Both the position numbers and the translations under genes were made by a program. This document shows positions 12,930 to 21,373 of a stretch of DNA of 32,000 nucleotides, in pieces. The notes under the pieces are model-generated. The model worked only from the letters and a program-made list of their open reading frames with translations, was not told the DNA's origin and made no database searches. This DNA comes from Candidatus Saccharimonadota bacterium (lineage in GTDB: Bacteria; Patescibacteriota; Saccharimonadia; Saccharimonadales; Saccharimonadaceae). Location of the stretch: contig JBDSDX010000001.1 in NCBI GenBank assembly GCA_039920285.1, forward strand, positions 180,001 through 212,000, read 5' to 3'. The first letter of the stretch is position 1, and each line of letters opens with the position of its first letter.

Positions 12930-13748
12930 TTAAGCTTGCTTATACTTTTCAGCGATTTGCTTGGCTTGCCATTCATGAATACCGGCAACCCATTCCCATC
13001 CTTCTTTTGCGGAGGAGTTAATTCTTGAATCGTCAGGAGTGACACCATCTCGTAACGCTTCTACATAGGCGCGGTCAAGTTCAATACGTTCTTTAATATG
13101 TTCGCCTTTTGCAACCGAGCCGTGTCCAGGGACAATAGCAGTGATCTTATCAGCTATTGCACTAAATAGGTTTAATGCAGCTAGGTAATCACTTATCGGA
13201 TCTTTGGCATCGAACTTAAGCATAGGCATAAAAACATCTGAAAGCATGTCACCAGCAATCAGTACGCCTTTATCTACTAAGAATAGAGCTGCGTGACCTT
13301 GAGCATGTGCTGCATGCTCAATAACTTTTATTACTGGACCATTCCAAGTAAGCTCAGTTGCATCAGAGGACAATGCCGTTAAAAGACCGAACAAGTCTAA
13401 AGGAACTTCTGTTGCTATTTCTTCAGGTAACGCAGCAGTTGCCAGCTCTTTCCAGTCAGTTTTTGCTCTAAAGTCTTGCATAAAGGCTGCTCCTTTGGCA
13501 GTAGCGTATCGAGGAGCATTACCAAGTTCATTATGCCAAAGTACATGATCCCAATCTGGGTGAGTCGAAAAGCCAGCAGTAACAGTTTGACCAAGTTCTT
13601 TTATGTCTTTTACTAGGTCAGTCATCTCATTCTCCGTCAGTCCAGGATCCGTAACCAATACTCCGTCATTGCCCTGTACAACAGTACAGTTATTTTGCAT
13701 CAGTTCGCTTTGATGAACCCATACTCCATCAGTAATTTTTTCTAACAC
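12930..13748 (-). CDS. MBL-fold metallo-hydrolase
   Basis: STHPDWDHVLW (an HxHxDH-type variant), HAAHAQGHAALF, and GDMLSD...VPGHG. Confidence 0.7.
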   Translation of the reverse strand: MLEKITDGVWVHQSELMQNNCTVVQGNDGVLVTDPGLTENEMTDLVKDIKELGQTVTAGFSTHPDWDHVLWHNELGNAPRYATAKGAAFMQDFRAKTDWKELATAALPEEIATEVPLDLFGLLTALSSDATELTWNGPVIKVIEHAAHAQGHAALFLVDKGVLIAGDMLSDVFMPMLKFDAKDPISDYLAALNLFSAIADKITAIVPGHGSVAKGEHIKERIELDRAYVEALRDGVTPDDSRINSSAKEGWEWVAGIHEWQAKQIAEKYKQA

Positions 13749-14191
13749 TACTTATTCTCCTTTATTAAGAAACTACTTAGTTTGTCTAATGTGGCATTCC
13801 AGCCGTTCATCATCTTCTGATACTTTTGGCGGAGGGATTCATCTGGTAATTCTCCCCATATAGTAAGCTCGGTCTTCTCACCAATGGCCTTGAGCTCAAC
13901 ATGGCACATTCCACCAATACCCTCAGGATGCTGTGGAAATGAGTAATCTAATATGTCGAAGACTATCTCGTGAGGTTGGTCGAGACTAATGTACGTCCAT
14001 GTATATTCGCCAGAACCTTTTGAAGATTTGAACCGCACTTTGCCTTGGGGCCTTGCGTCAAATTCTAATATGTCCAAGTCATTCGTTTGCGAAGAGAACC
14101 ACTGTTTGAGTTCGTCTGCAACTGTCCATGCTCGCCAGATACGTTCGGGCGATGCGTCAAATGTGCGTTTTATACTAACTCTACTTACCAT
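13748..14191 (-). CDS. SRPBCC/AHSA1-like domain protein
   Basis: RTFDASPERIWRAWTVADELKQWF is typical of Aha1/START-like SRPBCC proteins. These are commonly paired with ArsR regulators. The gene overlaps arsR by 11 nt. Confidence 0.65.
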   Translation of the reverse strand: MVSRVSIKRTFDASPERIWRAWTVADELKQWFSSQTNDLDILEFDARPQGKVRFKSSKGSGEYTWTYISLDQPHEIVFDILDYSFPQHPEGIGGMCHVELKAIGEKTELTIWGELPDESLRQKYQKMMNGWNATLDKLSSFLIKENK

Positions 14192-14519
14192 CGCTAATTT
14201 CCTCCTTTAAATATAACGCCAATGAATTCACTTTGTCCGTCCAGAACTGTTCAAACCACTCTATATACTCATGTGCATCTATTAATGCACGTGGGGTTAG
14301 GCTAACAATTTGCTCCTTTCCTCTTTTTTTCTTGATTATAAGATCAGCGTTTTCTAGAACTTTGAGGTGCTTCGAGATAGCACCAAAGGTAAGTTGATAG
14401 TTTCGAGCGATTTCGCCTATCGAAAGTTCGGTAGCGCCAATTCGTCGTAGAATATCTCTTCGAGTAGGATCTGCGAGTGACATAAATGTCTTATCTAAGA
14501 TAAGTGAACGTTCTACCAT
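14181..14519 (-). CDS. ArsR/SmtB-family transcriptional regulator
   Basis: LADPTRRDILRRI...ELSIGEIARNYQLTFGAISKHLKVLENADLI is a wHTH of the ArsR family. Confidence 0.8.
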   Translation of the reverse strand: MVERSLILDKTFMSLADPTRRDILRRIGATELSIGEIARNYQLTFGAISKHLKVLENADLIIKKKRGKEQIVSLTPRALIDAHEYIEWFEQFWTDKVNSLALYLKEEISDGK

Positions 14520-14527
14520 ATAGTAGA

Positions 14528-14556
14528 ATGATAGTACTATTAGTTTATGATTGCAA
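14528..14556 (-). promoter_or_regulatory. promoter TTGCAA-17-TATCAT of the arsR operon, with the -10 only 8 nt from the ATG (leaderless geometry)
   Basis: The minus strand reads TTGCAA tcataaactaatagtac TATCAT tctactat ATG. Confidence 0.45.
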
Positions 14557-14635
14557 ATAAGTAAATGAAATCTTTTATATTAATACTACCTAAGTGCTCA
14601 TATTATGGTTGATACACTAAATCCTGCTTTATAAC

Positions 14636-14667
14636 GGTTATAACTTCCTCTATTGTGGTGAGCCAAA
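14636..14667 (+). repeat. degenerate tRNA-3'-end-like repeat R5 (GGTTATAACTTCCTCTATTGTGGTGAGCCAAA)
   Basis: It aligns without gaps to R3 and shares the 13-mer TGTGGTGAGCCAA. Its 3' part forms the 5' arm of the following hairpin. Confidence 0.45.
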
Positions 14668-14703
14668 TAAAGAAGACCCGTCAGGGCCTTTTTTATTTGG
14701 CTC
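14660..14703 (+). terminator. 20-bp hairpin/terminator (GAGCCAAATAAAGAAGACCC-gtca-GGGCCTTTTTTATTTGGCTC)
   Basis: Hand pairing gives 18 Watson-Crick pairs, 1 G:U and 1 mismatch. The inner part resembles the terminator at 1477-1500 (AGAAGACCC...GGG..CTTTTT). Confidence 0.55.
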
Positions 14704-14713
14704 GGTTATTTGA

Positions 14714-14762
14714 CCCGACCAGCAATCGCAGCGCGGGAGCGATGCAAGGTTGCTGGTCGATA
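14714..14762 (+). repeat. 49-nt hairpin repeat, copy 2 (intact)
   Basis: CGACCAGCAATC (14716-14727) pairs with GGTTGCTGGTCG (14748-14759). An inner helix GCAGCGC/GCGATGC carries a GGGA tetraloop. Confidence 0.7.
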
Positions 14763-14802
14763 ACTCGAGTTATATGACTTTTAACTTTTCTGATTTGTAT
14801 TA

Positions 14803-14819
14803 ATACCCCCAGGGGGTAT
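14803..14819. promoter_or_regulatory. CsoR-type operator: perfect palindrome ATACCCCC-A-GGGGGTAT overlapping the csoR promoter
   Basis: A G/C-tract inverted repeat of the kind bound by CsoR/RcnR-family repressors. It sits between TTGTAT (14795-14800) and the -10 (TATACT 14819-14824). Confidence 0.7.
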
Positions 14820-14830
14820 ATACTCTAAAT

Positions 14831-15106
14831 ATGATTACAGATATCAAAAAGCGTTCGCTACACCGTGCCAAGATCATTGAGGGTCAGATGCGGGGCATCC
14901 AGAAGATGATCGAAAATGGAGATTATTGCATGGACATTATCACTCAGAGTCTTGCGGTACAAAGATCTCTCGGTTCACTTAATAAACTTGTTCTTGAGAA
15001 CCATCTACGGACTCATGTCAAAGATATGTTTGCTGCTGGCGAAACGGATAAAGCGGTTGAGGAATTACTTTCGGTCTACGAACTTGCCAAAATAAGAAGT
15101 AAATAA
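14831..15106 (+). CDS. csoR: CsoR/RcnR-family metal-sensing repressor (x-C-H-H ligand pattern)
   Basis: The pattern LHRAKIIEGQMRGIQKMIENGDYCMDIITQSLAVQRSL...ENHLRTHV is family-typical. Cys33, His58 and His62 have the same 25/4 spacing as the C-H-C ligands of characterised CsoR. Confidence 0.8.
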   Translation: MITDIKKRSLHRAKIIEGQMRGIQKMIENGDYCMDIITQSLAVQRSLGSLNKLVLENHLRTHVKDMFAAGETDKAVEELLSVYELAKIRSK

Positions 15107-15116
15107 AGGGGATGAT

Positions 15117-15911
15117 ATGAAATTAACGCCAAATAAAAAAATAGTAGTGTATGTGGTGAGTGTAATTCTTGGTCTATTGATTCTGGCAGGTGGATGGTAC
15201 GGGTATGTATATCTTTCGACGCCTGCACACATAAGAAAACCTACGTATCAGCACTATCATTTCCGTACACAAATTTCAGTTGATGATAAAGCAGTAGATT
15301 TCTCAAAAGACGAATTCCAAAAAGAGACTGGAACATCTATAGCATGTAGTGCAGCAGTGGGCAGCGCGCCAATTGATTTTCACGACAAGATGGATCAGTT
15401 AACACATGTTCACTGGAACGGTATGACTGGCGGCGAATTCTTGAAGGACTTCGGTTGGAATTATATTGGTGGAAACGATGAAGTATTAGGACAACGTTAT
15501 GATGAGGGCTTAAACCCAAGTCCAGTAAACATATACGGCAAGTTGCTCCCTACGGTATCTGAAAATGCTAATTTCTATGTATACGCAGGCGATAAAGAAC
15601 AGTATCAAAAAAAGAATTGGAATGATTTTCTGAATCAAGATCTTGAATTGTTTTTTGGCAAAAAAAGTAATGTCGGACACGGCGAAGATGTTTCGTTCAA
15701 CGTTTTAAATTGGCTGTTTCCAAAGGCGTATGCTCATGGTGAAGTTATGGATGAACACGCTTCAACCAAATCTGAAGAAGAACTAACGCGCATTAACAAC
15801 GTCGTAGGTAATGTCGTCATCTTCGCACAGAAGGATGAGCCAACCGATGCTCAGATAAAAACCAAGTTTAACAATCTGGTACCACTACATGAAAGTACTT
15901 GTGGAGATTAA
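15117..15911 (+). CDS. membrane-anchored extracytoplasmic protein of unknown function inside the copper operon
   Basis: N-terminal TM helix VVYVVSVILGLLILAGGWYGYVYL. His/Cys-containing motifs are HVHWNGMTGGEF, AYAHGEVMDEH and C-terminal HESTCGD. It sits tightly packed between csoR and copB. Confidence 0.6.
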   Translation: MKLTPNKKIVVYVVSVILGLLILAGGWYGYVYLSTPAHIRKPTYQHYHFRTQISVDDKAVDFSKDEFQKETGTSIACSAAVGSAPIDFHDKMDQLTHVHWNGMTGGEFLKDFGWNYIGGNDEVLGQRYDEGLNPSPVNIYGKLLPTVSENANFYVYAGDKEQYQKKNWNDFLNQDLELFFGKKSNVGHGEDVSFNVLNWLFPKAYAHGEVMDEHASTKSEEELTRINNVVGNVVIFAQKDEPTDAQIKTKFNNLVPLHESTCGD

Positions 15912-15914
15912 TTA

Positions 15915-17930
15915 ATGAATTATTCAAAACATAGTAACGATAATCACGACCACTCCAATCATGACAAACATGCTGGCCATAACCCAAACATGTTCAAAAA
16001 AAAGTTCTGGTTGAGCCTGCTACTTACCATACCGGTACTACTATATTCTCAGACTATTCAGGAATTGCTGCATTTCACTATGCCAAGTTTCACGGGTAGT
16101 AGTTTTATTCCTCCAGTCTTTGGAATTATTATATTTGTTTACGGTGGTTTAGTATTCCTTCGTGGCGCCAAAGCAGAGCTTGCTGCAAAACAACCTGGCA
16201 TGATGACTCTTATATCTATGGCAATTACAGTCGCGTTGGTTTACAGCATCGCCGTCACATTTGGGCTTGAAGGAATGAGTTTTTGGTGGGAATTGGCCAC
16301 CCTTATCACGATCATGTTGCTTGGTCACTGGCTGGAGATGGCATCAATAATGAATGCTCAAGGTGCTCTTAAGGAACTTGCTAAGTTGCTCCCGGACGGA
16401 GCCGAGCTCTTAACCTCAAACGGTACAAAAACCGTTTCTGTCGCTGAATTGAAAGTAGGTGATAAGGTTCTCGTTCGACCAGGAGCAAACATACCCGTCG
16501 ATGGGGAAGTTATAAAAGGTGAATCGAGCGTCAACGAGTCAATGCTTACGGGTGAATCCAAGCCGGTAAAGAAACTAGTAAAGTCGTTGCTGATCGGCGG
16601 AACAGTTAATGGGAGCGGCTCGCTGACGATGCAGGTCACAAAAATCGGTGACAACACTGCGCTAGCTGGAATTATGAAGTTAGTCGCCGATGCCCAGAAC
16701 AGCAAGTCTAAGACACAGGTACTTGCTGACCGGGCAGCTTATTATTTAACGTTTTTGGCACTCGGAGCCGCACTTATTACTTTGCTCGCGTGGACTTTCT
16801 TCAGCGATCAATCTGCCTCATTTATTATTCAGAGAGTTGTTACGGTGCTCATCATAGCTTGTCCACACGCTCTCGGTTTGGCTATTCCGCTGGTTACCGC
16901 TATATCTACTTCACTTGCTGCAAAAAACGGGTTACTCATACGTGAGCGTATGGCACTGGAAGCTGCTCGCAATATAGATGTCGTATTGTTCGACAAAACA
17001 GGAACACTGACAAAAGGCGAACAGGGTGTCGTGGATATCGTAGCCACAGGCAATAAAAATAGCCTACTGTCGTTAGCTGCTTCTGTCGAAAACGAATCTG
17101 AACATCCTATCGCAAAAGCAATCGTTCGATATGCAAAAGAAAAAAAGTTGAGTGTCCTTGAAGCGAAACATTTTTCGGCTATGTCTGGTCGGGGTGCAAC
17201 AGCACTCGTGAATGGCAAAGCTGTACATATCGGAGGTCCAAAACTACTTGAGGAATTAGGATCAGAACTTCCTACTGCTATTCAAAAAGCCGCTCATTCA
17301 GCCCAAAATGAAGGTAAGACTACCGTATATGTCATTCAAAATAAGACCGTACTTGGCGCGATTATGTTAGCTGATATTATTCGACCTGAATCGAAAGAGG
17401 CTGTTAATTTGCTTCTAGCGAGAGGTATTCGAGTCTCAATGTTAACTGGTGATGCTGAGGGTGTCGCTGCATGGGTAGCAAAAGAGCTTGGGATAAAAGA
17501 ATTCTTTGCTGAGGTTTTACCCGAGAATAAAGCCTCAGTAGTCAAAAGGCTGCAAGCTGATGGTAGTAAAGTAGCGATGGTTGGCGATGGGGTCAATGAT
17601 GCTCCTGCACTCACACAGGCCAATGTGGGGATTGCTATTGGTGCAGGAACTGATGTTGCCATTGAGTCGGCAGGTATTGTACTGGCTAGTAGTGACCCGC
17701 GCGGTGTCGCAAGCATCGTGACGCTTTCGAAAGCGACGTATAGGAAGATGGTTCAGAACTTAGTCTGGGCAACTGGCTACAATGCTCTCGCTATTCCATT
17801 AGCGGCAGGCGTAACGGCTGGGTTTGGTTTTGTACTATCACCCGCTATAGGAGCAGTGCTTATGTCATTATCGACAATCGTTGTAGCTGTTAATGCCCAG
17901 TTCCTGCGTAAATTAAAACTTAAGGTTTGA
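15915..17930 (+). CDS. copB: P1B-type copper-transporting ATPase, CopB-like (His-rich N-terminus, CPH motif)
   Basis: N-terminus [20 protein letters not shown]. Motifs are TGES, transmembrane CPH ([13 protein letters not shown]), DKTGTLT and [10 protein letters not shown]. No HMA/CxxC domain is present. Confidence 0.85.
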   Translation: MNYSKHSNDNHDHSNHDKHAGHNPNMFKKKFWLSLLLTIPVLLYSQTIQELLHFTMPSFTGSSFIPPVFGIIIFVYGGLVFLRGAKAELAAKQPGMMTLISMAITVALVYSIAVTFGLEGMSFWWELATLITIMLLGHWLEMASIMNAQGALKELAKLLPDGAELLTSNGTKTVSVAELKVGDKVLVRPGANIPVDGEVIKGESSVNESMLTGESKPVKKLVKSLLIGGTVNGSGSLTMQVTKIGDNTALAGIMKLVADAQNSKSKTQVLADRAAYYLTFLALGAALITLLAWTFFSDQSASFIIQRVVTVLIIACPHALGLAIPLVTAISTSLAAKNGLLIRERMALEAARNIDVVLFDKTGTLTKGEQGVVDIVATGNKNSLLSLAASVENESEHPIAKAIVRYAKEKKLSVLEAKHFSAMSGRGATALVNGKAVHIGGPKLLEELGSELPTAIQKAAHSAQNEGKTTVYVIQNKTVLGAIMLADIIRPESKEAVNLLLARGIRVSMLTGDAEGVAAWVAKELGIKEFFAEVLPENKASVVKRLQADGSKVAMVGDGVNDAPALTQANVGIAIGAGTDVAIESAGIVLASSDPRGVASIVTLSKATYRKMVQNLVWATGYNALAIPLAAGVTAGFGFVLSPAIGAVLMSLSTIVVAVNAQFLRKLKLKV

Positions 17931-17973
17931 TAACGAAGAACAGGGCAGAAGAGCCTGCGTATATAATAGTAAT

Positions 17974-18519
17974 ATGAATACTATATTTACGATTGGACAC
18001 TCAACGAGGCTAATAGACGAATTCATAGAGCTTTTAAAATTACATTCGATTACTCAATTGGTAGATATGCGAACTATACCAAAGTCACGCCACAATCCTC
18101 AATTTGGGCAAGAGGAAATAGCGATGAGCCTAAAGAAGGCTCGTATAGAGTACGTGTACCTCAAAGAACTCGGCGGGCTCCGTCCTCCCACTAAAGATTC
18201 GATAAATGACGGCTGGCATAGTATGTCATTTCGGAATTACGCTGACTATATGCAAACAGAAGAGTTCGACGGGGGGCTACGGGAACTCATAGGGATTGCT
18301 AAAGATGAGGTTACTGCAATTATGTGTGCCGAAGCAGTACCATGGCGTTGTCATCGCTCGCTTGTGAGCGATGCATTAATAGTGCGAAGCATTCCGATAT
18401 CTGAAATTATAGGGAAGGGTAATGTACGCGAACACACCCTCACACCTTTTGCGGTAGTAGACGGGACGACAATTACCTATCCGAAGTCAGCACTAGAGGT
18501 TAAGGAAGCTGATGATTGA
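17974..18519 (+). CDS. DUF488-family protein
   Basis: IFTIGHSTR...FIELLKLHSITQLVDMRTIPKSRHNPQF and CAEAVPWRCHRSLV are typical of DUF488. TATAAT (17962-17967) lies 6 nt from the ATG. Confidence 0.7.
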   Translation: MNTIFTIGHSTRLIDEFIELLKLHSITQLVDMRTIPKSRHNPQFGQEEIAMSLKKARIEYVYLKELGGLRPPTKDSINDGWHSMSFRNYADYMQTEEFDGGLRELIGIAKDEVTAIMCAEAVPWRCHRSLVSDALIVRSIPISEIIGKGNVREHTLTPFAVVDGTTITYPKSALEVKEADD

Positions 18520-19105
18520 CGAAGAGTTTAATCGTTTGCGGAAAGAGATTTCGGAACATGAAAGTAATCGTGTGCAAAAATCTCTCGGCTACGAACCTTT
18601 GTTTGCAGCGTCGACTCGTTCACGCATTATCATAATTGGCCAAGCACCTGGTATTAAGGCTCAAAAAAGTGGTATTGCGTGGGATGATGCGAGTGGCGTC
18701 CGTTTGATGAACTGGCTTGGTGTTAGTGAAGAACAGTTCCGCGATACATCCTTATTTGCGCACATCCCTATGGATTTCTATTATCCTGGCAAGGGAAAGT
18801 CAGGTGATTTACCACCGCGTAAAGAATTTGCTTCTCTTTGGCATAAGCGACTAATCGACTCCATGCCGAATGTCGAGCTTATTCTTGTGATTGGACGGTA
18901 TGCACAGAAGTACTATCTGCCACATACAAAGGGCAAAACACTGACCGAAACCGTGCACAATTACCAATCATATTTACCAGATTATTTCCCCCTTGTTCAT
19001 CCGTCACCATTGAATTTCCGCTGGCTTACAAAAAATACATGGTTCGAGGAAGAGCTGGTCCCTGTTTTACAAGAAACTGTATCGAAAATAGTTCTGTATT
19101 ATTGA
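18512..19105 (+). CDS. uracil-DNA glycosylase superfamily protein
   Basis: Motif A is IIIGQAPG and motif B is VHPSPLNFRW. It overlaps the DUF488 gene by 8 nt. Confidence 0.7.
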   Translation: MIDEEFNRLRKEISEHESNRVQKSLGYEPLFAASTRSRIIIIGQAPGIKAQKSGIAWDDASGVRLMNWLGVSEEQFRDTSLFAHIPMDFYYPGKGKSGDLPPRKEFASLWHKRLIDSMPNVELILVIGRYAQKYYLPHTKGKTLTETVHNYQSYLPDYFPLVHPSPLNFRWLTKNTWFEEELVPVLQETVSKIVLYY

Positions 19106-19512
19106 TTCTGCTGATTCTTCAAAGCGTCAAAATACTGTTCGAGAGTTGGTCGACCGTGATCGGTGAGATATTTATTTTGTACCTCGTTTGTATAAGAGTT
19201 GGTAATGCTGACTGCGGTCATGAGTACGATGATTGCTACTAAGAGCAAGAGGGGTAACTTTGCATTACTGAAGTTATGGTCCTTGCGGTACATTTTGATA
19301 ATTGCGACAACGCTGACAACAATAAATAGTGCAAAAGTAACAACAACGGCAATGATTGTTTGTTGGAGATAGGCGAGACCTTGGGTGATATCGACGTTGT
19401 CAGGGTTTGCGCTTTTAAAGATTGCGGCGGTGAGGACGCCCACCAAGACGGTAACAGGGACCATGAGCGCCACCCAGGTAGTTGTAAAAGTTCTTAAATT
19501 TGGTCGATGCAT
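19099..19512 (-). CDS. hypothetical integral membrane protein (~137 aa)
   Basis: Three or four TM helices. ATG 19512 is preceded by GAGGAGG, so I prefer it to the track start at 19554. Confidence 0.55.
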   Translation of the reverse strand: MHRPNLRTFTTTWVALMVPVTVLVGVLTAAIFKSANPDNVDITQGLAYLQQTIIAVVVTFALFIVVSVVAIIKMYRKDHNFSNAKLPLLLLVAIIVLMTAVSITNSYTNEVQNKYLTDHGRPTLEQYFDALKNQQNQ

Positions 19513-19575
19513 GTGACCTCCTCGTTGATTAGTACTTTTATTATAACACCGCAAGTAGACAACCTCATTACCCGC

Positions 19576-19604
19576 TTGACGGGCAATAGCGTTAGTGGTT
19601 AAAT
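19576..19604 (+). promoter_or_regulatory. promoter TTGACG-17-TTAAAT upstream of the surface-protein gene
   Basis: TTGACG at 19576-19581 and TTAAAT at 19599-19604. The -10 overlaps ATG 19603, which argues for the start at 19651. Confidence 0.4.
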
Positions 19605-19650
19605 GAACCTAGATACACCCAAAAACCAAAACAACAGGAAATTATTAAAA

Positions 19651-21300
19651 ATGAAAATCAAAAATATTCGATTAGGTCGCCTGGGCATCGCTTTTGCTTT
19701 TGTGCTCGCTGTCGTTGTGGCACAATTTGCTCATGTACAACTCGCATTTGCAGCAACAACTGCGACTTGGACAGGAACATCGGGAGACGGCAAGTTTAGT
19801 ACAGCAGGCAACTGGACTGGTAATACATTACCAACAACGGGTGATACTATCGCGTTTAACAACACGAGTCTTTCAGCAAACACGGTGTTGAATAATGACA
19901 TGTCGGGCTTATCAGTCGGTGGAATAAACTATCTAGGAACGAATACGACCTACGGGTATACGATAAATGGCAACGCATTGACTCTGACGGGAGATATTTC
20001 GAACACTGCGACCGGACCTTACGTATGGCTCAATTTGGGAACAAACATCGTGCTTGGAGCAAATATTGCGACCCATGGCCTTATAAACTTTAGTGGATTG
20101 GTTGATACCCAAACATATAACATTTCACTCAATGACACTGCTGCTGCGTGTATGAGTGTTGCTCACCTTGCGGGAAGTGGAGCTGTGTCTATCAATAGTA
20201 CTTCTGCGATCGGTTTGGGCGCGGGTAACACTGGTTTTAGTGGCTCGATCAGCATTGCTTCAGGTACGGTGATTGCAAATAACACAGCTGCATTTGGTAC
20301 CGGTAGCGTGACTATATCTGGAAGTGGCGAGCTGTCTCTTTACGCTCCAGCAAATAGCACTTGGACAACTCCTTTTACTCTTGGAGGTAGTGGTTGGATC
20401 GGTGCACAGCACGGCAGTACAAATGGTTGTAGTGGCGGCTCTGATTCATCAGTCTATATGGCAACACTGAGCGGTCCTGTTGCTCTGTCTAGCGACTTCA
20501 GCTACAACGGTGGTGACAACATGACCATAGCCGGAACGTACACAGCAAATGGTCACGCGTTCACTGTTGGTAATGGTGTTTCTGGAACGCTCACATTACC
20601 TACCGGAACCGTTGTTGCGCCTGTCGTGACGAACACTTATTCTGATAGCCAACCGAGTCAGAACGTATCACTGGGGACAGGTGAGACGGGTATTCTCGAC
20701 GGTACTCGTAAACAAGTGAATGTTAATGCTGGCGGAACACTGATGGGTACAGGAACAGCGGAAAGTCTCTACATCGCTGCAGGCGGTACTGTCGCTCCTG
20801 GTCACTCACCCGGAAAGTTAACAGTCACTCAAACATTTAGTATTGATGGTGTATATCAAGCTCAGCTGAAAGATTCAGCAGATGGCGATTATGACCAAGT
20901 TCAAGTTAGTGACCCAAGTCGAACAACAGGCAATGATGTTTCGATAAACTCCGGTGCAACCCTCGATGTCAGCCTCTATGCTGGTTGGGATATCAAACAG
21001 GGAGATACGTTTACTATTATTAAGAACTTGCAGCCCTCAACACAAACGGTTAACGGAACATTCAATGGACTTGCGGAAGGTGCACAGTTCACCGTTAGTG
21101 GTATAACTTTCAGCATTAGTTATGTCGGTGGCGACGGTAACGACGTTGTCCTCACAGCGCTCAATACAGGGACTGACCCAACACCACCGAACACAGGCTT
21201 TACGGTGTTGAAACTCGCAAACCCCATTGTATTAGTCGGACTTGGTGTGGTGAGTGCGGGAATCTTATTCGCCCTTGCGCGTCGCCGACTTAATAGGTAG
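19651..21300 (+). CDS. secreted cell-surface protein with beta-helix-type G/T/N-rich repeats and a C-terminal sortase sorting signal (PPNTG + TM + RRRLNR)
   Basis: Signal peptide MKIKNIRLGRLGIAFAFVLAVVVAQFAHVQLAFA. Repeats of the autotransporter-associated beta-strand type include GSGAVSINSTSAIGLGAGNTGFSGSISIASGTVIANN and LTLGGSG. The C-terminus is PPNTGFTVLKLANPIVLVGLGVVSAGILFALARRRLNR. An alternative start is 19603. Confidence 0.75.
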   Translation: MKIKNIRLGRLGIAFAFVLAVVVAQFAHVQLAFAATTATWTGTSGDGKFSTAGNWTGNTLPTTGDTIAFNNTSLSANTVLNNDMSGLSVGGINYLGTNTTYGYTINGNALTLTGDISNTATGPYVWLNLGTNIVLGANIATHGLINFSGLVDTQTYNISLNDTAAACMSVAHLAGSGAVSINSTSAIGLGAGNTGFSGSISIASGTVIANNTAAFGTGSVTISGSGELSLYAPANSTWTTPFTLGGSGWIGAQHGSTNGCSGGSDSSVYMATLSGPVALSSDFSYNGGDNMTIAGTYTANGHAFTVGNGVSGTLTLPTGTVVAPVVTNTYSDSQPSQNVSLGTGETGILDGTRKQVNVNAGGTLMGTGTAESLYIAAGGTVAPGHSPGKLTVTQTFSIDGVYQAQLKDSADGDYDQVQVSDPSRTTGNDVSINSGATLDVSLYAGWDIKQGDTFTIIKNLQPSTQTVNGTFNGLAEGAQFTVSGITFSISYVGGDGNDVVLTALNTGTDPTPPNTGFTVLKLANPIVLVGLGVVSAGILFALARRRLNR

Positions 21301-21321
21301 ATAACTTTAAAAAATAAAACC

Positions 21322-21358
21322 GTAACGAGCGAGACCTAATGAGGCTCTCGCTCGTTAC
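21322..21358 (+). terminator. 13-bp hairpin after the surface-protein gene (atypical terminator, no 3' U-run)
   Basis: GTAACGAGCGAGA-11 nt-TCTCGCTCGTTAC, with an A-run upstream. Confidence 0.35.
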
Positions 21359-21373
21359 TAATATAAGAACAAT

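Noticed and set aside
15835-15841. A seventh GAGCCAA heptamer
   Set aside because: It lies in frame inside the 264-aa CDS, without the GGTT...CCAG context or a following hairpin. This is the expected chance occurrence and is not counted as an att scar.
16358-17716. Three long antisense ORFs (115, 129 and 126 aa) inside copB
   Set aside because: They are shadow ORFs on the opposite strand of a well-supported P-type ATPase gene. Their Ser/Ala/Pro-rich low-complexity translations are typical of antisense frames.
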